Assembly: GCA_028534125.1 (NCBI GenBank)
Contig: CM052816.1
Span: forward strand, 8,186,001 to 8,250,000
Direction: 5' to 3'
Origin: Lama glama
Lineage: Eukaryota
DNA: 64,000 bases
Shown: one piece after another, positions 11,837 to 23,368 of the stretch
Numbering within the stretch: position 1 is the stretch's first letter
Layout: each line of letters begins with the position of its first letter
The notes under the pieces: model-generated
Database searches by the model: none
The model's input: only the letters and a program-made list of their open reading frames with translations
Told to the model about the DNA's origin: nothing
Position numbers and translations under genes: made by a program

Positions 11837-13719
11837 AAGAAAGAGAGAGATTTCAGCTGCCCGGTGAGGACAGAAGCCTCAGGACATCAAAGTGGGCAAA
11901 GCCCCAGATGGATGGATGAATGAGCCGGAGGCAGGCCTGGGACAGCTAATGCCTCCCATGGCTGGCAGAGGCCACGGCGGGAACTTCTGAGAAGGCGGAG
12001 AACAAGTCCTTTCATACGGCCTCCCTTTGAGCTGGCCTCGAGGTGGGGCCGGGGTCGGGTAGGTGGAGGGTGGGGAGTGTGCGGAGAGGCGAGGCCGCAG
12101 TCAGGCTGGGCAAACAGATTGGGCAGCGGCTGTGAGCACAGAGCGCCCATTGTGTACCCAGAGCTCTGCTTTCAATAATCTGCTCGAAAGAATGTTTCAT
12201 TGAGCGCCAGAGAAAGGAGCCATTGAAATGCCCAGGGCCGGGGCCCCGGGAAGGGTTAAAGGCAAGGGGCTTCGGGTGCCCAGGCTCTTGCCACTCCAGG
12301 CTCAGATGTGTGATAACGGGATCCTGACAGACAAGGGGCACTCAGCGAGACCACCAAGAGGGCCCGGAAGCAAGGGTCAGGGGGATGTGTGTCTCCCCCG
12401 GAAATGCTAAAGGGGGTGCCCCGGCATCAAGGAGGAAAGCACTTTTCCTCCCAGAACAATTTTGCCCAAATACAACACAATCCAGCAGGAACCAGGCCTC
12501 AGATGCCCCTCAGCCTGCCCACTGTGGAGACCAGCTCATCTGGGCAGGCTGGTCTCTCCCTGGACTTCTTTCATGTACCATTAGCTAGGGCCCTGGCGAT
12601 ACATTCTCCATAAGGCTATACATTCTCCGTGGCTTTATTAAACACCCCTGGCCTTACCATAGATCATTAATTGACTATAATGAATGATGCACTTAATTAG
12701 TCTTAATTTGGTTGAGAGCATGGGGTTTAAAGTGAGAACCAGTGATCGCTAGACGAGGTGAACAAAGGCACCTGTGGAACTCCCTCCTGCTGAGGTCTGT
12801 ATTCCCATGCTCCCACTCAGGGTGCTGCTTTCCTGAGCACCACTCGCCCTTTCAAGCTACAGAGACATAATGCTGGGCTGCAAAGAGGAGGCAGAAGGTA
12901 GATGAGCCAGGCCTTCCACCGGGGAGCGTGCCCCACGGGTGCTGAGCCTGAGCTCCAGCATCATAGCAGTGCAGCATCCTCATCACCACGGCACCACTGC
13001 AGACGGTACCGCCTCCTGAGTCTGCAACTTTAGGCTGTTCTACAACTGAAGCTGAGCTTAGACCATGAACTTGTCATAGTAATCATTTTGGATGGGAAAA
13101 ATCATTGATGTCTTCCCCAGCTTTCTTAAAAAGAGGATACTGAACAGGATTTAAACTCTGGAGGGCATTCCGTCAGTCAGTTCTATGCTGGGCTGCGATA
13201 CGGTGATGTCCTTGGTTCTATTCTGGTGGATATGGCTCTTTGCTCCTGCACCAAATGGCCCCAAACTCCTGGGCTTTTGGAATTTACCAGCCTGATTTTT
13301 ATGCTTATTCTTTTGTTTCTTCCTAATGTTTTCACTATGAAACTGTATTATTATAAACAGGCAAGTCCCTCAAGCCACCTTCTTATGTATTCCCTCCGAG
13401 CTGCTTCCAGCATTCTTGGGCTGGGAAGTAAAGTCATTAGCCTTGCAAGAATTGTGTATGGAGGAAGAGTCAATAGACTTGGAGTGAGGAAGGCCTGAGG
13501 AGCTCTCCTCTAAGTTAGAAGATTGAACTCTGTAACATTTTTGTCTGTCCAGAGACTGTCTATGTTTTCTTTCAGGTCCTTGATTTGGTCCAGCCTAGGC
13601 AAACTGACTTCCAGAGGACGGCAGCATGCATAATCTGTGCATAAGATTTTTGCCAAGGTCAATTAAGTCAGAAGGAAATAATATCTGTACGAAGATAATT
13701 TTAGTTCAAAGATGGCTAA

Positions 13720-13792
13720 ACATACATACACACCTACACACACACACACACACCTCTACACAAATACACACACACCTACACACACACATACC
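13720..13792. repeat. Imperfect (CA)n microsatellite
   Basis: Directly visible. Confidence 0.9.
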
Positions 13793-15837
13793 ACGCATAG
13801 CAATGAAAGACAAAGTGACAAAAAAAGACTCACCCATTTTTCACTTTTATAGCTCCGTGTACTAAAAAATTTTCTGGGGCTAAATAATTAGGTTCATAAT
13901 ATTTTCAGGCTGGAAAGAACTTTCAAAAAGTCTTTGAGTTTTTGAATCTCTAGTTCAAGAATCTCTCCTATTACCTCCTGGACAGATGGGCACTTTATCC
14001 CCTCCTTGCACAGTTCCAGTAATGAGGAGCTCAGTGCTTTTTGAAGTCTGATTTCATCAGTGGAGATCTGCCACATCTGATCTGCATTTCGCGTGCAGGT
14101 GTTAGGCTTCTTGTAGGGTTTCGATGCAGCTGTCCTTTGGGGGTTACGAGGTAAGTGTGCACCTACGTGAATGAGGGGCACGGGGCTTCCCGGTTGTCAG
14201 TCATCTTGTAAACAGATGGTCCTGACATGCAAACTGCAAAGGCTGGTTTAGCTGGAGAGGGAACTTCTGTTTCTCTGAGCCTTACTTCTTGGGCCTGAAC
14301 TTGAGACGTCTTGGAGTTCTTGAGTGTCTACCTGGATGGGGGTAGAGCTGATGGACATTGTCCCAGGGAAGAGGGCAGCTGGCATACAGTAGAGAACACA
14401 AAGGGAAGATGAGTGAGCCACATCTTGAAAGTGACATGACCTGGATTCACAGTACTCTTTGTGTTTTATTTCCCCCCTTGTCATCCCTGAGCCTTTGGAA
14501 ATGTCTGGCTTCAGTGTTGCAGCCTGGCCCAGTTGTGTAATGGCATTGAAGGAAGAGTTGAGGGTCAGTGTTTATTTCCCTAGAACATTAGAGGGGAGAT
14601 GGAGCCCTCTGAAGCCACTGTGGGTTTCAGTGATTACTGAAGACTCTTAAAAGAAATGTGAATATTGGGGAACAAGAGTCCACCCACTCCTCTCCACATG
14701 GTGATTCACCCATCACTGCCATCCTTTTATTAAGCAAGCTGCCAGATCTCCTACAAAAGCAATCCCTTAAATTGGCCTGAAATCTGTTTCCCAGTAACTT
14801 TCACCTACAGGACTAAGCCTTTTCTCTCAGAAGCCCAGAGAACAATCATCGTAACCATTCACATTCACTGAGTGCTTACCATGGGCTGGGCATTTACTGA
14901 GCACTGTATTATATCTCATTTATATTATCATCCCAATTTTCAGATGAAGAAATTGAGGCTGAGAGAGGCAAAATACTTTGCCCAAGGCTTGACCCCAAAT
15001 AAGTGGCAGGATTTAAACTCAAGTAGTCTGATGTCAGAACCCACAGCCTTGAGCGTTCAGAAATTCTGCTGGTCTTGTCCCTGTGGCAGCCGGCAGCCTG
15101 TGAGCTGGCCTCCTTGGACCTAGTTCTTCTAGGCTGAATCCCCACCCTTTCCCCCTTGCCGTTTCCTCCTCATTCTATATCTCCAGTTCCTCCTGCCTCA
15201 AGTCTGGGACAATGCAAAGAACACAAAGCCCAAATCCACCTGACCTCCTGTGACCTGTCTCACTTTGACCCCCTGGACAGCCTCAGGCTGAAGCCTCCGG
15301 AAGCACCATTTTAGCAGCGTTCCCTCAGGAAGCTGTATTTTTCCTGTCTGTCCTCAACATTTCTTCTGCCAGAACAACAGGCTCAGTTTTCCCTTCTGAT
15401 AAATCTGGTCATCCTAAATATGGGGCTCTGAGCAAACAAGAGTGGTCAGCCCCACGCAGCCCTCATTTCAAAATGCAGATTCACTTGGGCTGCTATTTTG
15501 GAAGTCTGGTTTCTTTCCCCACACGCAGTGGTTTTAAAGAAAAGGGAAGGGATCACGGCAGAATATTGGCAGGGGAAAGATGCTGAGAGAGAAGACCCAC
15601 CTGGGCAGTTTTTGTTTTTCAAAGTTCCCCAAACACCGGCTTTTGGAGAAGCTCTGTGAAAAAGAGGGTCCTTGGTCACATAAAATTGGGAAATACTGTT
15701 TTAGCAACGCCTGCTTTTGGAGATCAGTATATTAAAGACTGAACTCCCAGTAGTTAAAAAAAAAAAGCCTAATTGGTTTTGTTTAATTCAGTTTTCCCAT
15801 TAAAAAATACAGCCTAGTTAAAATCTGGAAAACGATG

Positions 15838-16150
15838 CAGGGTGGAAGTTGCAAACAGGTACCTAATGGCCTAAAATAGTCCTCAGATAGATTTGATTTG
15901 GCCTGTATAGTGCTTACATTTGCTTTAAATTAGTTATTAGCTCTTAACAATTGGAATGTTTCTCATTATAATCTGGATTTGGGCGTTCTTGGAAAATCAG
16001 AAGATCTGAAAACACCAGTCCAGATTCTTGCATGACAATGGTTAGCTGGACACAAGGCTGCAGCCTTTTGCTCCATGCAGCCCATGCCTTCCTCTGGCAA
16101 TACAGCAGTCCCCTTCTTTACTCATTTATGATACTTGCCTGGCCCAGGAG
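15838..16150. mobile_element. hAT-Charlie relic (MER102-like); related copy at ~43685-43935
   Basis: Both loci share 'aatctggatttg..tcttggaaaatcagaagatctg..ttcttgcatgacaat'-type sequence. Confidence 0.5.
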
Positions 16151-16719
16151 TGCCCCAAGCTTGCCTTCCCTGTTGCAGAGATTTCCTTGGGTGGGTGTTG
16201 GCCTGGGTGACACTCAAGGCCCATTCATCCATTCATACCTGCAGTATACACTGATTGAGCTTCTGGACCCTGTGCATAACAAGATGTATACAACAGCTCC
16301 TGCCCTCTGGATTCTAGCACTGGCAGTCTAAGAGTCTAGCTGTGAATTGTAGAATGAGGAGGGGGAGGAGTTGGGGAGAGAGGGAAGCTGGCAAGACCAG
16401 AACCTAGTTTCCTGATTTCCAGCCCCTGGTGCTTGCCAAAGTTGTCTCTATTCTCCATTGCTGTCTCTGCTGCCATTGTGCAGCCCAGGGAAGAACTATC
16501 TTGCTCTGTGATATAGACGTGTTCCCTGCCATCTCAGAGCCTCAGTTTCTCCAGCTGTAGAATGACCCGGTTGGAATAGAAATTTTTGCATGTTCCTTCC
16601 AGGACTGGCACTCAGAGAAGCTGAGACTCCATGATCGAGGAATGTCTGACCGGGCCATTCCAGAGCTATTCCATCGAATTCCAAGGAGCCCCCCTCCCTC
16701 CTTTCCTGAGTCTGGCCAG

Positions 16720-17740
16720 GGCGGAGGCTGGAGCCAGAGGGCCCAGCCGGCCTGGGCTTCCCGCCCGGGGGCGGAGCCGCCGCTGGACGCCCCTCCCCTC
16801 CACCTGGGGCTCGGTCCGGCAGATGTTACAACTTTTTCGCATTCTCTCCAGCGGTGTCCCCCACAGACCCGCCCAATCCTTGCCTCCCTCCCCTTCCCCG
16901 CTGGGGTCCTGCCCACCTCCCTACGGGGAGCCGACTGTTCTCGGGACTCCGGGCGGGGCGAGAGGCCGGCCCGGGGTCTGGAGGGTCGGGAGGAGGAGAA
17001 AGGGAAAGCAGAGGGGAGAGAAATTAGGAGGCGGGAGAAATCGAGGGCTAGAAGGAAGAGGGGAGTCAGAGGATGGTGGAGAGCACTTTTTGGAAGCCTC
17101 CACACCGAGTCTCAGGCTGGCCCGGCTGAACTGGGGGAGAGGGAGCGAGGGCGGCTCCGGGCGGGCGCTCAGGCGGCGGGAGGAAGCTCGGCGCGGGCCT
17201 GACCTCCCCGGAGCGCCCCTCTGCGGCCACACAGGTCCGACCTCGCCGTCCAGCCAGCCCCGGACCCGCCGCTGGGCCGCCCTCGGGGAACGCTGAGCGC
17301 TCTCCAAGCGTCGGGACCGGCCGGCTGGCGGGCGTGCGGGCCGTGCGCCCAGGGCGCGCGAGGCGGGGAGGCCCTGGGAGCCCTGCGCGCCGGGACGCAC
17401 GGGCCGGCATGGCGATGCACGCCCTCACCGGCTTCTCTCTGGTCAGCCTGCTCAGCTTCGGTTACCTGTCCTGGAACTGGGCCAAGCCCAGCCTGGTGGC
17501 CGACGCACCCGCGGAGGCCAGCGAGCAGCCCTCGGCCGCCCCATCCCAGCCTCCCCACATCATTTTCATCCTCACCGACGACCAGGGCTACCACGACGTG
17601 GGCTACCATGGCTCAGATATCGAAACCCCTACGCTGGACCGGCTGGCGGCCGAGGGTGTCAAATTGGAAAACTATTATATTCAGCCCATCTGCACGCCTT
17701 CGCGGAGCCAACTTCTCACCGGCAGGTAGGCACAGGCCGG
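16720..17740 (+). promoter_or_regulatory. ARSI: CpG island / ARSI promoter and 5' UTR
   Basis: Dense CpG and high GC over exon 1; GC boxes (ggggcggag ~16768) and a CCAAT at ~16873. Confidence 0.85.
17415..17725 (+). CDS. ARSI: Arylsulfatase I, exon 1 (an in-frame ATG also lies 6 nt upstream at 17409)
   Basis: [20 protein letters not shown] signal peptide, [12 protein letters not shown] metal-binding motif and CTPSR formylglycine (CxPxR) motif; donor AG|gtagg at 17725/17726. Confidence 0.97.
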
Positions 17741-20559
17741 GCTGCTGATGCTGGTGGTCCAAGCCCCAAATAAACCCAGCTGTAGGTTTCCCCTGTACTG
17801 ACAGTCCCCCGTTGGGACCTGGGAAACCAGAGCTCAGGGCTAATTCTGTCTTATGTCTCCAGTTGGCTGTGTGATCATTAGTAAGTCCTTTGCCCTTCTG
17901 GGCCTTGATTTCTCTACCTGTACACTGAATGGGTTGGATCATGCTTGAGGTCTTTTCCCTCTGATGTTCTAGGACATTCACACTCCACACATGTGAAAGA
18001 GACGCTGAAGCTTGAATGCTGCTTTTATTAACATACCCTGAGGCCCTGAGCAAATCACTTCACTTCTCTAAGCCTCAGTTTTCTTATCCATAAAATGGAG
18101 TGAAGAACAGTTTTTAATCTTGAAAAGGAGTGATGAGGGTTGAACGAGTTGCATATAACCTACTTGGCTGTCAATAATGGAAGCTTCTATGTCGCTGGAG
18201 GAATTAGGGTCCCCCAACTGTTTGATGACAACATTGGGAAGAAACCAAGGAATTGATAGGTGGCCGAGAAAAACACACACAGGGTGTCTTGACCTGTGTA
18301 GCCTTAGACTAGTTACATCATTTCTCCAAGCCTGTTTTTTCATCTGTGAAACCCTCCCAAGTTGGCTGGGAGCCCCAAGGAGACGTGCTACTTTCTTGGT
18401 AAGGAGTTGTCCCAGGCAAGGTGGTAGGATTACAGGATTAAAAGAGCAGGGAAACAGGAGGTGGGGGTGTGGAAGGCAAACTCTGGCCACTTAGGAGAAA
18501 ATCCTTTGGCAAGGCTGAAGCTAATCCTCCTTGGATGGGGTCCAAGGCATGCTTTCTCCCAAGTTCCACTCAAAAGCCACTGGTGTGATCTCAGGAACCA
18601 GGGCTGTGTAGTTTCCCTGTTTCCTGGATGGGAGAAACTGAGGCACGGAGTCAGGGAGGGCCAAATTCTGGGCCTGTGCCCAACTTCAGGTCTGTACGAG
18701 AGAAGGCTGAGAGGCCAGTGCTTAGAGGAGCCCTGTAGCTGGGAGTCAAGTAGGTGCCTTTTCTTCCTTCAATCTGGCGCTCAGCATTTAGATCGAGGAA
18801 CAGAGAGAGAGAACAGGAAAGAGGAAGGGGAATCAATGTATGTTTTGGGGGTGGGGGCAGATGGAAAAGACGAAACGTTGACCTATCTCCAGAAGAGGGA
18901 AGAGGAATCTGCATTCCCCAGAGCGATGCACAAGTTAGCATTTCTCTCCCCAGAGATGACTTTTGGTTTGGGCAGGGGAATGAGCAGCATGCAGGGCAGC
19001 ATTCCAGCTCCCGCCCCAATCTGCAAAGTTAGCTGAGTGTGGCTGGGCAGCGTCTGCCCTCTGCGCCCTACAGCTGGCTCCATCTGACTGATGCTGACTA
19101 CTCTCATTAGTGTTTGTTAGTGCATCCAGCCGTGTTTGGTGAAGCTGGAGAGAGCCAGTTTCCCATGTTACTCACTTGCAGACAGGCTTCGGTGACTCTT
19201 ACCTGGCCCACCCACTTTACAAACCAGCATTCCAAGGTGCCCAGCCCCTGTGAAGAGAGGCTCATTACAACTCGGGGCCCTAGGGTACATCTTATATCAA
19301 ATCTAATTGTTCATTAGCTTGACTGTGGTCTGCAGAGGCCGCGTGACTGAGACATTCCGAGCATGAGTTGCACAGACCTGGGTTCAAAAATCAGCTCCAC
19401 TGCTTGCCAGCTGTCTGAACTTGGGCCCGTTGCTGCACTTTTGGGAGCCTCAGTTTCATCATCTGTAGAATGGGTTTAATAGGCTCTGTAGGTTTTTAAT
19501 GCAGATTAAATGAAATACTATATGTGACATATAGTATTTAAAAATGGCAGTAGTAGCTAGTGATAACTAACAACAAACAGCTTTAAGATAAGAAAAGCAA
19601 AACAGAAAAACCCACCCCAGGTCCTGGCTTGGAGGTGTCAAGAATTTACGTCTCCGCTTAACTTGGATGCCTGGGCATGAGAAAAAGGAGTAGGATTCTA
19701 AGACATGTGTGAGGTTCCAGCCTTCTTATTTAGTCTGGGACTTGTAAGACTTGAGTAAAGGCAGGGCACCATAAGCAGATCACATGAGTGCCTTGACCAC
19801 AGAAGAAGGAATGGGATATGAATGAATAAATGAGGAATGCAGGGTTCTGCTAACCACTTGCTCCTGCCTCGGGGCGTTAGCCTGTGTGAGTGACCGGGAT
19901 CCAGGGGCCACATAAACTTTGTGGGCAGGCACATGGGAACTGGTCTCATAAAACTTGAGAACTGGAAGGTTTTTAGAGGTGTCTCATTCCAACCAACTCA
20001 CTCCTACAGATGAGCAAACTGAGGCCTCTGTGTGGAAAGAGAAGTGGCTGCCTAGTTTGCCAGCAAAGGATCTGTGCTTGGACTCTGATTGGATTTATGT
20101 TCGAGTCTGGGCTCTGCTCCTGACCACTGAGTGAGCTTGGGCAAGGTCTTTCCCCTCCCCTGGACCTTAGTTTCTTTTTAAGTCAAGGTACATAAACTTG
20201 AAAATGACTTGGGCCCCTTCTGGCTCTAAAATCCTTTGAATGTCATTCTTCATTTTTCCATTTCATAAGTAATTGAGTGTCCTTGAAACATCACCTGAGT
20301 GCTGGGAATACAAGGATGAGTACATATCATTGGGCCCAAGAGCATGTACATACAACTGAGTAGAATCTTACGGCCAAGTTAGACAATGAAGGTTTGCACT
20401 GAATGCTGTGGGAACCCAAAAGCAAAAGTGACTCATGCTTTGAGAGAGTTATGAGAAAGTTTATAGTGAGGATAACATTTGGGCTGGGCTTTGAAGAGTG
20501 AATAGGAGTTTTCCTGAGAGAGTGGGACTGGCTCTCGGCCCCATGGCAAGTTAGTGGCT

Positions 20560-20995
20560 TAGAGTGTAGGGACTCTGAAATCTGGAGCCAGATTACTGGG
20601 GACACAAATCTCAACTCCAGTTACTAATTGTGTGAATCACTGGGCAAATGATTTAGTTTTCTGAGCCTTAGTTTCCTTATTTGAGAGATGAGAATAATAA
20701 TAATGAAATGCACCCTTTAGGTTGTGGTGAGGATTTAGTGAGATGATTCATTTAAGGGGCTCAGGTGAGCGAACAGTGAGTGTGTGGTGTCAGCTATTAT
20801 TATTCTTGTTGTCATCATTAGCCTGGGTTCAGCTCTTACCTCCCCAACTTCTTAGCAGTGTGATCTTGTATGAGTGACTTAACCATTCTGAGCTTCAGCC
20901 TCCACATCTGTAAGATGAGGATAATACCTACTTCAGTAGATTTTGAGGATTCAGTGAGATAATGCATTCGAAGTGCTTAACACATTTGGTAATAC
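20560..20995. mobile_element. Two adjacent MIR SINEs in the ARSI intron
   Basis: Two MIR cores: 'ctgagccttagtttccttatttg..gttgtggtgaggatttagtgagat' and 'ctgagcttcagcctccacatctgtaagatgaggataata'. Confidence 0.75.
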
Positions 20996-21125
20996 ATACT
21001 GTTGCTTTGCTTGCTGGGCGCCCTGGGGCGAGAGCCCACCTCAGGGTGAGTGTTGGGGGCTGGGTGGCCAGAGCAGTGGTTTGTAGCTCACTGGTGCCTT
21101 CTGTGTCCTTCCCTCTTCCCACCAG

Positions 21126-22527
21126 ATACCAGATCCATACAGGACTTCAGCACTCCATCATCCGCCCTCGGCAGCCCAACTGCCTGCCCCTGGACCAGGT
21201 GACACTGCCCCAGAAGCTGCAGGAGCTGGGTTACTCGACCCACATGGTGGGCAAGTGGCACCTGGGCTTCTACCGGAAGGAGTGCCTGCCCACCCGCCGG
21301 GGCTTTGACACCTTCCTGGGCTCGCTCACGGGCAACGTGGACTACTACACCTATGACAACTGCGACGGCCCAGGGGTGTGTGGCTTTGACCTGCACGAGG
21401 GCGAGAGTGTGGCCTGGGGGCTCAGCGGCCAGTATTCCACTCTGCTCTATGCCCAGCGCGTCAGCCACATCCTAGCCAGCCAAAGTCCCCGGCGGCCCCT
21501 CTTCCTCTATGTGGCCTTCCAGGCGGTACACACACCCCTGCAGTCCCCTCGTGAGTACCTGTACCGCTACCGCACCATGGGCAACGTGGCCCGGCGCAAG
21601 TACGCGGCCATGGTGACCTGCATGGACGAGGCCGTGCGCAATATCACCTGGGCCCTCAAGCGCTACGGTTTCTATAACAACAGTGTCATCATCTTCTCCA
21701 GTGACAATGGTGGCCAGACCTTCTCAGGGGGCAGCAACTGGCCACTGCGAGGACGCAAGGGCACGTACTGGGAAGGGGGTGTGCGGGGCTTGGGCTTCGT
21801 CCACAGCCCCCTTCTCAAGAGAAAGCGACGGACAAGCCGGGCGCTGGTGCACATCACTGACTGGTACCCAACCCTGGTGGGTCTGGCAGGTGGCACCGCC
21901 TCGGCGGCCGATGGGCTGGATGGCTATGACGTGTGGCCAGCCATCAGCGAGGGCCGGGCCTCGCCGCGCACAGAGATCCTGCACAACATTGACCCGCTCT
22001 ACAACCACGCCCGGCATGGCTCCCTGGAGGGTGGCTTTGGCATCTGGAACACCGCTGTGCAGGCCGCCATCCGTGTAGGTGAGTGGAAGCTGTTGACAGG
22101 AGACCCCGGCTATGGTGATTGGATCCCACCGCAGACGCTAGCTGCCTTCCCTGGCAGCTGGTGGAACCTGGAGCGGATGGCCAGTGCTCGCCAGGCTGTG
22201 TGGCTCTTCAACATCAGTGCTGACCCCTACGAACGGGAGGACCTCGCTGGCCAGCGGCCAGATGTGGTCCGAGCCCTGCTGGCCCGCCTGGTGGACTATA
22301 ACCGCACAGCCATCCCCGTGCGCTACCCGGCTGAGAATCCCCGGGCCCATCCTGACTTTAATGGGGGTGCTTGGGGGCCCTGGGCCAGTGAGGAAGAAGA
22401 GGAAGAGGAGGAGGAAGGCAGGGCTCGAAGCTTCTCCCGGGGGCGCCGCAAGAAAAAATGCAAGATTTGCAAGCTGCGGTCCTTTTTCCGTAAACTCAAC
22501 ACCAGACTGATGTCCCACCGGATCTGA
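21126..22527 (+). CDS. ARSI: Arylsulfatase I, exon 2 (to TGA)
   Basis: Acceptor cccaccag|A completes the AG|A Arg codon. Contains GKWHLG and SSDNGG sulfatase motifs and a poly-E/basic C-terminal tail. 311+1402 nt = 571 codons. Confidence 0.97.
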
Positions 22528-23362
22528 TGGGGTGGGGGAGGTGAGATACTTCCCCACTCAAGCCTGGCCCTGCTCCTTTTCATGGGGGGGCCCTAGCTCA
22601 TTTCCGCGTCTGCAAGGAAATGGAGGGCGTAGAGCGCCTCAGTTGAAGGGTGGCGAGTTTGGCTTGGGGGTAGGGGAGAATAAACCAGACAGGATGGCTG
22701 GGTCCCAGTCCTGCCTCTATTGACTTGTTCTGTGATCTTGGGTGACCTGCACAACCTCCCTAGGCCTCAATTTCCTCATCTGGAAAATAAGCTCTAATGA
22801 TTTTATGGCTCTGTGGTGTGGGCCTGGTGCCTGGGGCCGTGATGGAGTTCCCACCATCCTTGTTCACCCCCTAGCTCATTTAAGGCCTTGCCCTGGACCT
22901 CTGTGGTACCTCTTGGGTGAGGAGCCACAAAGAGGCAACTCTAGGCCTGGACCCCAGCCAAGGAATGGTGATCTGGCTGCTCTCTGGAAGGATCCCCTGA
23001 GTGATGAAGGTGGAGGTGCAGGGACCTGGGGGCGACCTTCCTGCACCTTCACGTGGCCTAGGCCAGTCCTGGGGCCCGAGTGGTGGTGGGGGCAGTGGTG
23101 GCGAGCTCTCCTTCCTGCCCCCAGTGCCCAGAGGACTGGGCCTGGCTGTTAAAGCTGCTGCAGGATTGAGGGTAGTGGAAACAGGTGTGAAAAGAGCGCT
23201 ACACCAATCAGCACATCTGGGCTCTGCTCTGACCTTGGGCCCAATCCCTTTTCTCTGGGCCTTGATTTCCCCACCTGCAGATGGGGGTGCTAGCCCTGGC
23301 TCTGCCTACCTCACAGGGCTGTGGAGGCCAAGGTAATGGTTGTGGAGGAGGCCCTGGACGTG

Positions 23363-23368
23363 ATTAAA
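23363..23368 (+). terminator. ARSI: Candidate ARSI polyadenylation signal ATTAAA (alternative AATAAA at 22679-22684)
   Basis: ATTAAA followed ~35 nt later by GU-rich 'tgtctgtgagcatgtgggtgtgtg'. Confidence 0.5.

Noticed and set aside
12599..12630. Short tandem micro-duplications (also ~27391, ~49208, ~53336, ~55440)
   Set aside because: Ordinary slippage duplications of 8-11 bp; no array or spacer structure, so not CRISPR-like
11744..13792. (TG)n and (CA)n tracts forming a 2-kb inverted repeat
   Set aside because: Both are common microsatellites; complementarity is expected by chance
16542..17609. Several long overlapping ORFs on both strands (146-221 aa)
   Set aside because: Low-complexity Arg/Pro/Gly translations from a stop-poor CpG island; no recognisable domain
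20962..21125. 55-codon N-terminal extension of the 521-aa ORF
   Set aside because: It is intron sequence. The ATG lies in a MIR, there is a clean acceptor at 21125, and the real N-terminus with the catalytic CTPSR is in exon 1
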